A DNA stretch of 64,000 nucleotides from Octopus bimaculoides (Eukaryota). The translations under genes were made by a program, and so were the position numbers. The stretch is from positions 38,902,816 to 38,966,815 of the forward strand of contig NC_068994.1 of the NCBI RefSeq assembly GCF_001194135.2. The letters run 5' to 3'. This document shows, piece by piece, positions 27,284-40,770 of the stretch. Each line of letters starts with the position of its first letter. Position 1 is the first letter of the stretch. The notes below the pieces were generated by a model. It ran no database searches. It had not been told where the DNA came from and saw nothing but the letters and a program-made list of their open reading frames with translations.

Positions 27284-27931
27284 TGTGTATGTGTATGCAT
27301 ATGCATTTATATGTTTATGTATGTTCATTATCTGTTTGTTTTAAACTAAGTTAATGGGTGGTTGATGTGTTTGATGTGATGTTAAAATTAGCATTCTGAT
27401 CAAGCAGAAGTTAATCTTTAAGGAAAGGAAAGGAAGAGAGATGTATTACTAGTGAAATGATATTTAAATACACACATATATATATATATATAAATCAGAT
27501 GGACAGACTTGCTTATTAACTGGTGGTCTAATCCTTCAATAATCTCTGTGGCTGTTGTCATGATAATAATACCATTATATGGAAATTGAAATACATAATA
27601 ATATATCATCAAACTTAATCTGGCATAATTTACAATAGTAATAGCAATGGAAATTCACTGGTAGAGACCAGACTCCAATAATGTTGTGTAGCAACTGAAT
27701 AAAATATAATAAATACAATACTGTTGTGTCGCTGCAGGTCATCAGGCAGAAATTGTTGTTTAATCTAAGTCAGCCCTAATCATACTAACTTATGATTAAG
27801 AGGAATGAAATAGCAATCATGAGAGTATCAGATAGATGTCTTGTGGTGTTTACTTTGATTCTCTGTGCTTGGGGTTGGGATTGATGAAATTAAATATACC
27901 AATCCAGGACCGTGGATTTTGGTGTGACTGA

Positions 27932-28128
27932 AATGTGCAGGCATGGTTGTCTGGTTGAGAAGCTTACTTCCCAACTACGTGGTCTTGGATTCAGTCCCAC
28001 TGTGTGACACACTGGGTCATATCTTCTACTATAGCTCTGGGCCAACTAAAGGTTTGTGAGTGGATTTGACAAAAAGAAACTGAAATGAAACCTCTTGTGT
28101 AATGTGTGTGTGTGTGTGTGTGCACATG

Positions 28129-28173
<45 letters not shown>

Positions 28174-28460
28174 GTGTGTGTGTGTGTTTGCATACATGTG
28201 TGTACACATGTATGTGTTTACATGTACCTTTACCTTGCCATTATATGATGCCTGTAAAAGAGCCTCACCAACATACAAGCAATGTTGTTCATTTCCAGTT
28301 TTCTGTGTAAAACATATCAGGCCAAAGGGAAATATTACTTTGTTTGGAAAGAAATGAGGGTTGGTAAAAAGAAAGGCATCCAGCCATATAAAATCTACTT
28401 CAACAAATTCTGTCCGACCCACACAAGCATGGAAAAGCATATGTTAAATGATGATGAAAA
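27932..28460 (+). mobile_element. SINE with family A head, (TG)n spacer and RTE-type 3' tail
   Basis: Tail aaggcatccagccatataaa...agcatggaaaagc.tatgttaaatgatgatga matches the RTE 3' end at 34350-34480. Confidence 0.75.
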
Positions 28461-29393
28461 TGTAAGAATGTCACGCTGATGGCTTGTGGTATTTGTCCTG
28501 GTTCTTCAGTATTAGACTTATGCTGTTCAGTTTAGCATCAACGTCAAGTAGTTTGGCTGCCTTTAGCAGAATCTGTTATGTTGTAATCATTCAGGCTAAG
28601 TATTCAGCTTGAAGATTCCATGGATTTCTTCTAAACTAATTATTTTTCCATCTATAAGAAATATCTTGTTTCATAAAATGTTCAATTATTACCCTTGGGT
28701 GATGGTTTATGATTACCTAAGACTAGAAGTTTAAAGACTTTTGAAATAAGTAAGCAAATAAATAAATGTATATGCATATTCTATGTACCTGCTTCTGTAT
28801 TCCTTAACTGCAAAGTCAAACTTTTAATCCAACTAAATATAAAGAAATAGTTATCTTCTTGGTATTATCTGTTTGCTTGGGAGCTCCATGCATTTAAATC
28901 GAGACAATTCATTATTACTTCATGGAAGAATGTTCTCTTCATTATGTTGCAAAGATATTGCTTACTAATGATTTTCAACATTGGAGAAAGCCTCAAATTT
29001 TGTAGGAGAGAAAAAGTCAACTATATCAACTCAGTATTTGAATGGTTTCTTTATATTACCATCCCTGCAGGGATGGAAAACAAGGGCTACCTCAGCTAAA
29101 TTTGAACTCAAAATGTAAAGAGCTGGAACAAATGCTGCAAGACATTTTGTCCAATGCTATATTAAATTCTGCCTAATGTTATTTTATTAAACCGTTCCTG
29201 ACTCTTGACAGTCTATAAATTAAAATATCTGGACATTGTATCTCATTAGAAATATAGTCATGTGAGGGTTAAAGTTCATTACATTTTTCATCTTTTAAAT
29301 TTGCTAAGTGTTGAGGAGGGGCAGAGACCAGTGCTTTTGCAGGCCCTTTGACACTGATGTGATAAATGCCATTGATATATCACTTAAATTAAG

Positions 29394-29605
29394 GTAGTGA
29401 GCAAACAGAATCATTTGCACGCCAGGTAAAATACTTAGTGGTATTCTGTCCATCTTTATTTTCTGAGCTCAAATTGCATAGAGGTTGGCTTTGCCTTTCA
29501 TCCCTTTCAGAGCTGATGGAATTAGTACCAGCTGAGCACTAGAGTCGATGTAACCAACTTACCCACACCACCTAAATTGCTGGCCTGGTGTCAAAATTTG
29601 AAACT
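29394..29605 (+). mobile_element. Family B SINE
   Basis: Homology to 13310-13540 and 18480-18705. Confidence 0.75.
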
Positions 29606-30795
29606 AATATTTCACTTAAATTGTCATAAGCTGTTATCTGCAGAAAAGTCATGAGCAGAAAGAAATTTCTAGAAGCTTGATATTCTTGATAGGAAGGACT
29701 GTACACAGGGATTAGAACATGGCTTGGTGTGGTTGAACATAACTTGAGTGACAAGAGAAGATCTAAATGAATTAGGTATAGCTCAGAGGATGTGACATGA
29801 GACAATCAATCTCTGAAGGTCAGAAACCATTTTAGCAGCAATAGAAGAGACAGAGGGAGGAAACATCAGGTCTATATTTTACAGCAAACAAGTGATAGAT
29901 ATCTTCCTTAGTAATACCAGGGTGGAGTTCTCACCATTTCCGATATGGCAAATGTCACAGAAAGAAAGTAAATTATTCTAACGGTAAATTGATTTCAAAG
30001 AACTCCCACCTTTATTCTAGTGCCTGGTTGTCAGTATTTCAAGCAGTTTTGTTGCTTTGCCCTGGGGTCAGTACTGATCATTCAGATCTACGAACAAATG
30101 GCATTCTGTCCTTTTTTTTGTTTCCCAAATGCAGTGTATCTAGGATTGCATTATCCAGTATGTCTTTCTTTTTAAAGACTGATTTGAACTAGACTCTGTT
30201 ATTAGTATTAGGTTAAATAACTGCAAAGAAGCTCCCTTGTTAGTGCTAAAAAGCCCTGGATATTACATTTCTCCTATATTTATCCTTTGACATCAATAGA
30301 ACTAAATACCAATAGAGAGAAAGCCTGTGATTACATGATCCAATTGACTCTATTCATTCTGTTGTTGTTTAGCCCCAGGTCAGCCACAATCAAGTAAACC
30401 TATGATCAAAGATATTCAAGTCCTGATGATGTCTTCTTGTATATCTGAGACTACATTGTTCTGTGTGTATTTGACATTTGACATCCACTCAAATACTGGA
30501 GTATACTGGCATTCCATGGCATTATGAGTTTAATAGCACAGTTACTAGATATAAAAACAGACCAGAAAGATATACACACACATACATGCATGCACGTGCA
30601 CATGCATGCACATGCACACACACACGCACACATGCACACATACAAAATGGACCCAGGAATTCATTCATGATTGTGAAACAAACTTATTAACAAATCAGCT
30701 ATGTCTCCATCCACTTACATTTTTGCATACATATAGGTACATTAAAGCATAAACATATATATATGTATACATAATATACATATATATACATACAT

Positions 30796-30850
<55 letters not shown>

Positions 30851-31089
30851 TTATGGTCAAATGGCTAAGAAGCTAAGAAGTTTGTTTCACAACCACATAG
30901 TCTGTCATTCAATCTCATTGCACAGCAGTTTGGGCAAAAGCAATTTTCTTTTATAAATATGAATCTGTAAGTTTATGCTAGTCTTTATGGTTATATGTGT
31001 GTCTCAGTTTTTATATGTGTATATCTCTATGTGTCTTTTTATACATGTGTGTGTGACTAAAGTGTAGTTATTATCATATTAATATCCAA

Positions 31090-31308
31090 ATATTGGATTT
31101 ACACTTAGGCACAAGGACAGTAATTTTGTGGGAGGAGGGTAAGTTGATTACATCGACCCCAGTACTCCACTAGTACTTATTTTATTGACCCTGCAAGGAC
31201 GGAAGGCAAAGTCGATCTTGATGGAATCTGAACTCTGAATCTAAAGACAAACAAAATTCTGCTAAGCATTTCATTTGGAGTGCTAATGATTCTGCCAGCT
31301 TGCCACCT
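31090..31308 (-). mobile_element. Family B SINE
   Basis: Reverse-complement homology. Confidence 0.8.
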
Positions 31309-32577
31309 TAATTAATATCCAAATATTAAATATATATATGTATATATATATATATATAGATCTCTATTAGTTTTGGTAATGAGTATTTCAATTATTTTCT
31401 CAACTGCACTAGCTGTTCATTTAATTATCATAAAAAGTGTCTGAATACTCCCCAGGCACATGTACCCTTAGTGTAAATTCTCAGTGAGAATCTGTGTGAA
31501 ATTGTGTGCCTAGGATGACGCTTTGAACTATACACACAGTCAGAGGTGTAGCTAGAATATGTGCCACCCAGGCAGTCTCTGAGTTTGCCTCACCTCAACT
31601 GTCTCCTATACAGACCCCAAAATACCACCATATTAAATGCATTGTCCAAGGTAGACTGCTCCCTCACCCTATCCCCTTATCTATGCTACTGGATAGAGAA
31701 GGAGGATAAAGCTCCTTCCCGAGTCATATTGATTCATAGGGCTACTTTACTGGTTTCTGGAGTGTATACACTCCCTCCTGGATAAGACACTAGCCCATTG
31801 CAGGAATACTCACTTTTGCCAGCTGAGTGGACAGGAGCAACATGAAATCAAGTTACACTACTGTACACAGTCCATTTGTTGGGCTTTCAAACATTGTCCA
31901 TGTGCGTCAATTACCATGTCCTTCACACTGATTGAGTTAAACTGATGCTATGGTAAAAGACCTTTATTCAAGATTTCACATGATGGTATTGAACCTGAGA
32001 TCTCATGACTGTAAAGCAGACTTCTTAAACATTCAGCTGATAACCATACAATAAAATTATTCAAAAATGTCTCAAAAGTAATTTCTTTTTTACTTACGTG
32101 TATTTTTTTTTTCAGAAAAAATTCCTTCCAGAAATGATTTGTCTCTTGCTGAGGTTGGTAAGATTATAATTAAGAATAATTATTTGGTATAGGCGGAAGT
32201 GGTTTTGATAAGAATGTATTGCCACCAGTTGATTTTGTTGATGGTTGCTTCTGTATTTGAGTTGTCTGTCTTGGGTTACTGCTAATACTACTACTATTGC
32301 TGTTACCAATTTTAAAAGACTTTAAGTCGACTGTGTTATTGTAGTTGGTGGGCTGATGAGGATTGCTTAAAAAGAAATTTCTGGAATCTGCATGATTTGA
32401 AGTCCTTGTGTTGTGGTCATTTCTAAAACCTAAAATAAGTAAATTAAATATGTGTCAATAGATAAATAAAATGATATAAAAAAATAGAAGAGTAACAAAA
32501 TAAAAAATAGCAGCATGAAATATTTTTCTTGAATATTTAAAAATTTTTAAAGAAATCATATTTGAAGAATATATAAG

Positions 32578-32918
32578 ACATGGCTGTGTGGTTAAAAAAG
32601 GTTGTTTTGCAACCATGTGGTTTTGGATTCAGTCCCACTACCTGGTACCTTGGGCAAGTGTCTTTTACTGTAGCTTTGGGCCAATCAATGTCTAGTGAAT
32701 GAATTCGGTAGATGGAAACTGGTTGGAAGACCTTTGTGAATGTGTGTGTGTGTGTGTGTGTGTGTGCCTGTTTTTGTCCCCACTTCCACTGCTTGACAAA
32801 CCAAGGCTGGTTTATTTATATTTCCATAATTTGACAGTTCACCAAGTCTAACAGGATAAGTACCAAACTTTAAAAATAGGTACTAAGAGCAATATGTTCA
32901 ACTAAGAAACCCTTGAAG
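32578..32918 (+). mobile_element. Family A SINE truncated by abutting RTE
   Basis: Homology to family A up to ccttgaagg, then RTE sequence. Confidence 0.8.
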
Positions 32919-34480
32919 GGTCAACTGTTCCAAAGGTAAAGGTGATGCCTTAGATAGAAATGATTACAGAGGTATCAAATAGTTGGATCAGGTGATGAAA
33001 GTTACAGAGAGGGTCCATAGCCCAACAAATTAGGGAGAAAGTTAGTCTAGATGAGATGCAGTTTGGTTTTGTACCAGAGAGAAGTACCACTGATGCTATA
33101 TTTCTGGTAAGGCAGCTGCAGGAGAAGTGCCTGTCCAAAGACAAACCTCTGTACTTGGATTTTGTTGACGTGTAGAAAGCCTTTGACAGGGTCCCTGATC
33201 CCTTAACTGGTGCTCAATGCAGAAACTAGGGATACATGAGTGGTTGGTGAGAGCTGTATAGGGATGCTGTCAGTAAGGTGAGGGTTGGCAAAGAGTATAG
33301 TAAAGGATTCAGAGTACAAGTAGGGGTTCACCAAGGATCAGTCCCCAGTCCCATCTTGTTCATTATAGTCCTCTAGGCAATAACAGAGGAATTCAAGACA
33401 GGCTTCCTCTGGGATCTTCTCTATGCTGATGACCTTGTTCTTATTGCTGAATCACTGCCAGAACTAGAGAAGAAATTTCAGGTGTGGAAGCAAGGTCTAG
33501 AATCAAAGGGTCTTAGAGTTAATCTGGCAAAAACCAAAGTCTTAGTCAGTAGGAAAGCAGACAAATCACAAATCCCCTCAGATAGAAGGTAGTTGATAGC
33601 TTCCATTACCTAGGTGATCAATTCAGTAGCCGAGGTGGATGCTCTGAGAGCATAGCTGCTAGAATAAGAACAGCCTGGGCAAAGTTCAGAGAGCTCCTAC
33701 CTCTGCTGGTTAACAAAGGGCCTCTCACTCAGAGTGAAAGGCAGATTGTATGATGCCTGTGTGTGAACAGCCATGCCACACAGCAGTGAAATATGGGCTG
33801 TGACTGCTGAGGACATGCATAGGCTTGAAAGAAATGAAGCTAGTATGCTTTGCTGGATGTGCAATGTCTGTGTGCATGTGTAACAGAGTGTAAACGTCTT
33901 GAGAGTAAAGCTGGGCATAAGAGGCATTAGATGTGGTGTACAAGAGAGAAGACTGCGTTGGTATAGTCATGTGATGCATATTGATGAGGACAGCTTTGTG
34001 AAGAAGTGCTGATCTCTATCAGTGGAAGGAAGCTGTGGAAGAGGGAGACCCAGGAAGACATGAGATGAGATGGTGAAGCATGATCTTCAAATGTTGGGCC
34101 TCATGGAGGGAATGACTAATGACTGAGATCTTTGGCGATATGCTATGCTTGAGAAGACACGTCAAGCCAAGTGAAATGATAGCTGTGGTTGCTGTCAGTG
34201 TCAAGTAACTGGCACCCATACCAGTGACACATAAAATGCACCTTTCAAATGTTGGGTCTCACAGAGGCAATGTGGCTGATGCTAGTGTCACGTAACTAGC
34301 ACCTGTGCCGATGGCATGTAAAAAACACCTTCTGAGTGGTTGGCATTAGGAAGGGCATCCAGCCATAAAACCATGCCAAATCAGACTAGAGTCTGGTGCA
34401 GTCCCTCAGCTTACCAGCCCTCGTCAAACCATCCAACCCATGCCAGCATGGACAATAGACGCTAAATGATGATGTTGATG
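32918..34480 (+). mobile_element. 5'-truncated RTE-clade LINE (RT pseudogene plus 3' UTR)
   Basis: KGKGDALDRNDYRGI, QFGFVP..STTDAIF, KAFDRV, GVHQGS, LLYADDLV (about 33415-33440), GRP.KT.DEMVKHDL; tail ends atgatgatgttgatg. Confidence 0.96.
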
Positions 34481-34490
34481 ATATATATAA

Positions 34491-34530
<40 letters not shown>

Positions 34531-34997
34531 ATATTTCTATTTTGTCTTCACAATTCTAAAGTTGAACCACACCAGCATCCCTACCAATTAAGCAAAACAT
34601 GTGTCAAACACCAGAAGAGTTGCATTTTGTACACAGATGAGTGTTATTCAACTTCAATGTAGATAGGCCAACAAATACTACCTCAGCCATGATGTCTATA
34701 CATCTGTCAATATTTAGAGTAAATTAAATGAATTATTATGAAAGAGCCAATTTTACCATCTAAAGACACACAAAACAGTTAAATTTACTTTTCATTTATC
34801 AGTTGAGATGTCAGATTTACACAAATATTTCAATAAACAAATAAAAATTCAATTTGATATTTTTGTGTGTTTTTAGATGAGACTCTTTCACCATGTAATT
34901 GTTTCAGTTTTTCTATAGTCGTAGATTAAGACACTTTCCAGACAAGCACAGTACCATCATTAGCATTATAATAATTTTTATGTCTATTTTCTGTATG

Positions 34998-35198
34998 AGG
35001 ACAATTGCCCCACTAGGACAATTACCTCCTTTAGGACAATTTCCCCCGATGACAACTACCTCCTAGGACAATTACCCCCTCTTGGTTAATTACCCCTCTC
35101 CAATATATTAAGAAGTTTTAAATCATCATCTGTTGTCCTCAGGGGTAATTGTCATTAGTGGTGGGTGGATTATTGTCTATGGTGGGTAAATGTCCTAG
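34998..35198. repeat. Foldback-like element built of ggacaattrccycc subrepeats
   Basis: About 6 direct motif copies at 34998-35098 and 3-4 inverted copies at 35141-35198. Confidence 0.7.
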
Positions 35199-37139
35199 AC
35201 TCCTATTTTCTCAGGTCTGCAAGTTTTGGATAGATGTTCTCCAACACTTGTTTGTCATAAATTGGATTTTTAAAATCTCTTTTATGAAGTTCAGCATCAG
35301 GAGATCAGCTCTCAACATTTCACTTGTGCCCATGTTTTCATCAGTTTTCTTCTACTGGTTCCTTCCACATATATTTTTTGGCACTTTTATACCCACTATC
35401 ATTATTGATACAAGTTTATATTTAGTATAACTGACATAAATAAATTAAAACCCCTTCTCTTTTCAGCTTTCTACTTCTTCAAACACACCCAAACAAATAC
35501 GAAAAGCTACATGAATCAACATAATTTGGTTGATGCTGGATTAAGCTTATAATCTGGAGAAATGTTTTTACTGCTATGTCTGTAGAAAGTAGTATTCAAT
35601 AATAAAAGAAATTTGAAAACTACATTTAGATAAAAATATACTATAATCAGAATTTTTAAGAATTTTCTAGACAAAGTAAACATAAATAAGTGCTTTCTTT
35701 TAGTAAAATTAATAAACTAATTGTTAAGCAGCTTTCATTTTAGTATAGATGTATTATATATCTGCATATATTATATATGCAACCATCTCTCAGAGAAACT
35801 ACAGCTGATAGAATATTTTTCTCTTTACTAATTTGTGCCATGTTGCTTAAGCAGGCTAACTTTATAACTCTAGTTGCCCATGTTTACATAATTTTTTTCA
35901 ACTTTCATTCATCCACTGTGCTTATGTCGCTCACCACCATGTAGTATTATTGTTTGTATGGAATGATAAAAACATGAAGTATTTTATACAAAGAATCATT
36001 TAATACTCTCGTTATGATATGATTTCCATCACACGCTTTTATGAAACCTACTCCACTACAGCAAGACTGCTATGTCTAACAGTGGATTTTACTTGGTCAC
36101 TTGACCTTCAATAGATAACAGCCAAATATCTCTCTTTTTATATCATCTCTATCATCTTTAAAATGGCTATGCAAAAATATGGACTAGTGTCATGGTTGGT
36201 ATACCTTTGAGCATTGGTCAATTCAATGAAGACATGCCAAGGGCTAAACAATGGCAATACCAAGAACAATAACATCACTTGATGATTTACGATGAGTATT
36301 GACTGATATTGATTGAATATTGTCAAGTGTGAACAACTTTAATTAATGTGGTAAAGTGAAAATAATCTTTAATTTTCTGAAAATATAACCATAATAAGAA
36401 AAAATGCTATAAGTTAATGAGAATTACTCTCGGAATGCACAAGGGAAAGAACTCTTGAAATTTCAGTTGACCAAAAATTAAACGGAGAAATGCTGATAAA
36501 GGGGAATAGGTCTGACAACTGATCACTATGACGACAACTCCAAATATATTTTGGTTTTATCAAACCTTCTCAGTAAAATAACCACTGAACAAAAAAGGGG
36601 ATTTAGTTTTTAGTTTGAAAATGATTCACTGATTTAGTGAGTTTAAATAATGACACAAATAATTTTTCTATGTGTATATATTGCATGGAAAACATATAGA
36701 GCTAAAAATTACTTACAATTAATTAAAGCTGTATTGGAAAGAAAAGTCATTATTATTAATGAAAATTATTGTTTAAAAGAAGGGAGAAAACTGCAGAAAT
36801 TTTGATCAAAAATTGGTCAGCAGGTGGTAGAAGTCTGAAGAAAATGTGACTTACACCCCATTTCTCTTATCTCTAACCCCCACCATACACTCTTACAAGC
36901 CCCTTCCTACATACATTCCTAGCTTCTCTGTCCCCACTCACGACCACTCACCTAATACAGAGAGGTGCTACCTGGACATGTAACCATCACAATTTATCGT
37001 TTTGAAGAACCTACTAGTTCATTGTCATTTTCCCCTAAATGTGAGGAGCCATGTAGCCCCTCTACAACAAGAACTTACTCTACTCCAACTCTTTCTCCCA
37101 AACCCTAACTACCACCAAGCATAAAGACCGTTATTTTGC

Positions 37140-37380
37140 AGACTAGCAAGCTGCATGGTAACCTCACTAATGCCAGTGGCATGAAAAAAATGTCCCAAGT
37201 ATACACTGTAAAGTGGTTGACATTAGGAAGGGCATCCAGCAGTAGAAACCATACCAAAGCAGTACCTAGAGTACAATGCAGTCCTTGAACCTATTAGATC
37301 CTTTAGATAGAATTGAATCCATGACAGCATGGAACATGGATGTTAATTGATGAAGTTGATGAAGGTGATGACAATTATGA
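37140..37380 (+). mobile_element. RTE-type 3' tail fragment
   Basis: ttaggaagggcatccagc...cagcatggaa...gatgaagttgatg; similar pieces at 43310-43535 (+), 38500-38745 (-), 44480-44690 (-). Confidence 0.75.
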
Positions 37381-37432
37381 TGATGACACATACATATACA
37401 TATATGTATGTATGTATGTATAGATAAATAGA

Positions 37433-37468
<36 letters not shown>

Positions 37469-37731
37469 TAAATAGATAAATAGATCGATAGATAGATAGA
37501 TGGATAGATAGATACACATAACATGCACATGCATATATATAGGTGTTCATGTGTGTATTATGAATGTATGTATGTTTGTTTGTTTGTATATGTGTATGAA
37601 TGTATGTATTGCATGGATAAATGCATAAAACTTAAGTACACAGAAAAGCAACACAACAAACCATCAGCTTCGAAAGAATATGCAAACACCACACCATCTA
37701 TTAAGTACTCTTACGCATTTTCATGCATGTA

Positions 37732-37762
<31 letters not shown>

Positions 37763-38074
37763 TCATATTCACACATATGTGTATATGCATGTGTAAAGTG
37801 TGTCTTAACATACATGATGTGACAAGCAAAGAAGTTTTAATTAACGAAGATTAAATAAATATGGAATTGATGTAAATATTTAATGGTACTTTAGTCATTA
37901 GCTGGATATTATTCCAATGGTGAATTTAGAAAAATAAACACTGGACAAAACACTAGGGTCAAAACTATTGACTTAACTCATAGAAGGTGGTACTCCAGTA
38001 TGGTTGCAGTCCAATGACTGGAAACAGCAAAAGACTCAAAGAATACTGACATTTTGTTGCTTATAATAATGACA

Positions 38075-38335
38075 GGGGTTCCAGTTGATCCAATCAACAG
38101 AACAACCTGCTTGTGAAATTAGCATGCAAGCAGCTGAGTACTCCTCAGACATGTATGTACCCTTAATGTAGTTCTCAGGGAGGTTCAGTACGATACAGAA
38201 TGTGACAAGGCTGGCCCTTTGAAATGCAGATACTACTCATTTTTGTCAGCTGAGCTGACTGGAGCAATGTGAAATAAAGTGACTTGCTGAAGGACACAAC
38301 TCATCACTGGGTAACAAACTCATGATCTGATGATC
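38075..38335 (-). mobile_element. Family C SINE
   Basis: Homology to 55890-56250 and 20335-20480. Confidence 0.8.
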
Positions 38336-39002
38336 ATACAGCAAATAACAAACAATCAACGTTCTGTTTTGCTATAAGAGAGTGTATCTAAACTATGTGT
38401 CTCTAGCTTTTGTAATTGTTGTGTATCATCATAAAGATATCTCAAACATGATTATCGAGTCACTTTAGAAGCATCAAAAATTTCTGTATCTATTATATAT
38501 TTTTTTAATGCCATCCTTATTGTTTTAGTGTCCATGTTGGCATGTGCTGAATGGAGCTTATTGAAGCAGATATTCCACTGCCGGATGCCCTTCCTGTCAC
38601 CAACAGTTATCTATTCCTAAGAAAGATAACATTTTCCCCATACATGCTTTCACAGAATATTGGAAATGAATGACAATGCTTATATGACAGTGAAACTCAT
38701 TTACAACTATCATGCAATATCAAGGCAATGAGACACAAGCATGCACACATACATATATATATATATATATATACATGCATATATATAAACACTCATACAC
38801 ATACACACATATACATAAATATATATATATATAAGGATATTACTGTTAATAATTTACAATAATATCAGTTTTGACTGTTATCTTTAGCATGCTGATGCTA
38901 CAAGTAGTACCAGAGTTTTTCAATTCCCAAGCGTTATACTAATACACCTATTTGTTTTCTACACCACCTGTCTTCGTCTGTTGTTTTTTTGTGAATTCTC
39001 CC

Positions 39003-39043
<41 letters not shown>

Positions 39044-39374
39044 AATGTATATAATAAACTTCTTTCACTTTCAATCTTCTAAATAGACTCAGAAAGCTTT
39101 AGTTGGCCTAGGTCTACAATAGAAGATGCTTGCCCAAAGTGCCACACACTAGAACAGAACCTGAAACCATGTGTTTGAGAAGCAAAATTCTTAACCACAT
39201 AGTCACATGTGTGCCTGTATATGATGGTGAAATAGTAAAGTAAATTTGACTGCCATTTCTAGCAATCTTTTTTGTATGACTGTATAGACAAAGACTACCA
39301 CATTCACTTGCATTTGTAATTTTTTAATCATGCAGAACAATTAAATACATGACAGAAATAACATTTCCACATAC

Positions 39375-39525
39375 ATGGTAGTTCTTCATAATATCCAGTA
39401 TCAGCTTCACTGCCCCCATGTCCACTGTCTGTGAAAGAAGACATCGTTGACATTTCAGAGAAATGATCAGTTGCTGTAGCTAAATGTCCTTTTTTATTGT
39501 CTTTTCCTTGACTTATTTCCGTCAC
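39375..39525 (-). CDS. Internal coding exon (151 bp, phase 0 to 1); probable cytoplasmic tail of a protocadherin or cadherin-type receptor
   Basis: Acceptor tttttctcctggtttcag|G, donor CAT|gtatgt; only one open frame: VTEISQGKDNKKGHLATATDHFSEMSTMSSFTDSGHGGSEADTGYYEELP. Exon status is well supported; the family call rests on the DSG motif only. Confidence 0.72.
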
Positions 39526-39620
39526 CTGAAACCAGGAGAAAAATTGAGAAACCAAATAACATTAAGAAATGTTTTTTATGCAAAATGTACAACAATGAAG
39601 CGGAATTTTTATTTTATTTA

Positions 39621-39698
<78 letters not shown>

Positions 39699-39931
39699 CT
39701 TTTTTTTTTGTGTATTACCATCATGAGCATTTTTACTTAAGGTTAACATTTGACATTGATATAAACAAGCACTTTATAAATAAATACTCTGTTATAATGT
39801 ATGAATAAATAAATATATGGGGTTTCAGTTGTACAGGGGTTTAGTTTTGCTGTGAAGTTAGAGGCATAAAAGCCTTTTTTGGCATTTGAAAATTCATTTT
39901 CTTTCATATGTATGCATACACATATACATAC

Positions 39932-39962
<31 letters not shown>

Positions 39963-40770
39963 CGCGCGCATGTGTGTGTGTGTGTCAGTGTGTGTGTGTG
40001 TTTGCATGTGTGCGTGTTTGCATGTGTGTGTGTTTGCATGTGTGTGTGTTTGCATGTGTGTGTGTTTGCATGTGTGTGTGTTTGCATGTGTGTGTGTTTG
40101 CATGTGTGTGTGCATACATGTACATATATATACATATACACACTTATACACATATATATACACACACACACACACTTATATACATATATATATTTATGTA
40201 TATGTGTATATGTTATAATATTATTATATCATATTTTATGTATTTAAGTATATGTGTGTGTGTATACATATATATATAAATATATAATTATATAGATATA
40301 ATTATAATTAAGAGTACTGAGAAACAGCACCTATATGCTAGAAATAGATGTCAAAAGATTCAAAATATCAACTTAATATTACACTCCATTAGCACAAGGC
40401 TGAAAGTAGGCAAATAAATAAAATGGATTTAGTAAAATTTTGAGGTTAATTCCAGATTGTCCGATTTCTGGTTTAGTAATACAAATTACTTTACCGTCAT
40501 CAGTAGAATATACTAGAAGTACATAAATATAAATATATATACATACTCATGTAGATACATTCATATATATACAAATATAAACATATATTTATGCTTATAT
40601 ACTAGGCAAATCCAATTATTCATCTCAACCACGTGCATATTTGATCAAGATAATACTGCAGTAAATATCAGGACCAGAATGAAATTGGATTTGCCTAGTA
40701 TATAAGTTTAGATATATGTATATATTTGTATATATACGAATGTATTTGTATGGGTATGTATATATATATA

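Noticed and set aside
39743-40279. Cys/Val/His/Thr-rich ORFs (also at 5323, 15704, 23613, 61110 and elsewhere)
   Set aside because: Translations of (TG)n, (TA)n and (TGTGTGTTTGCA)n repeats
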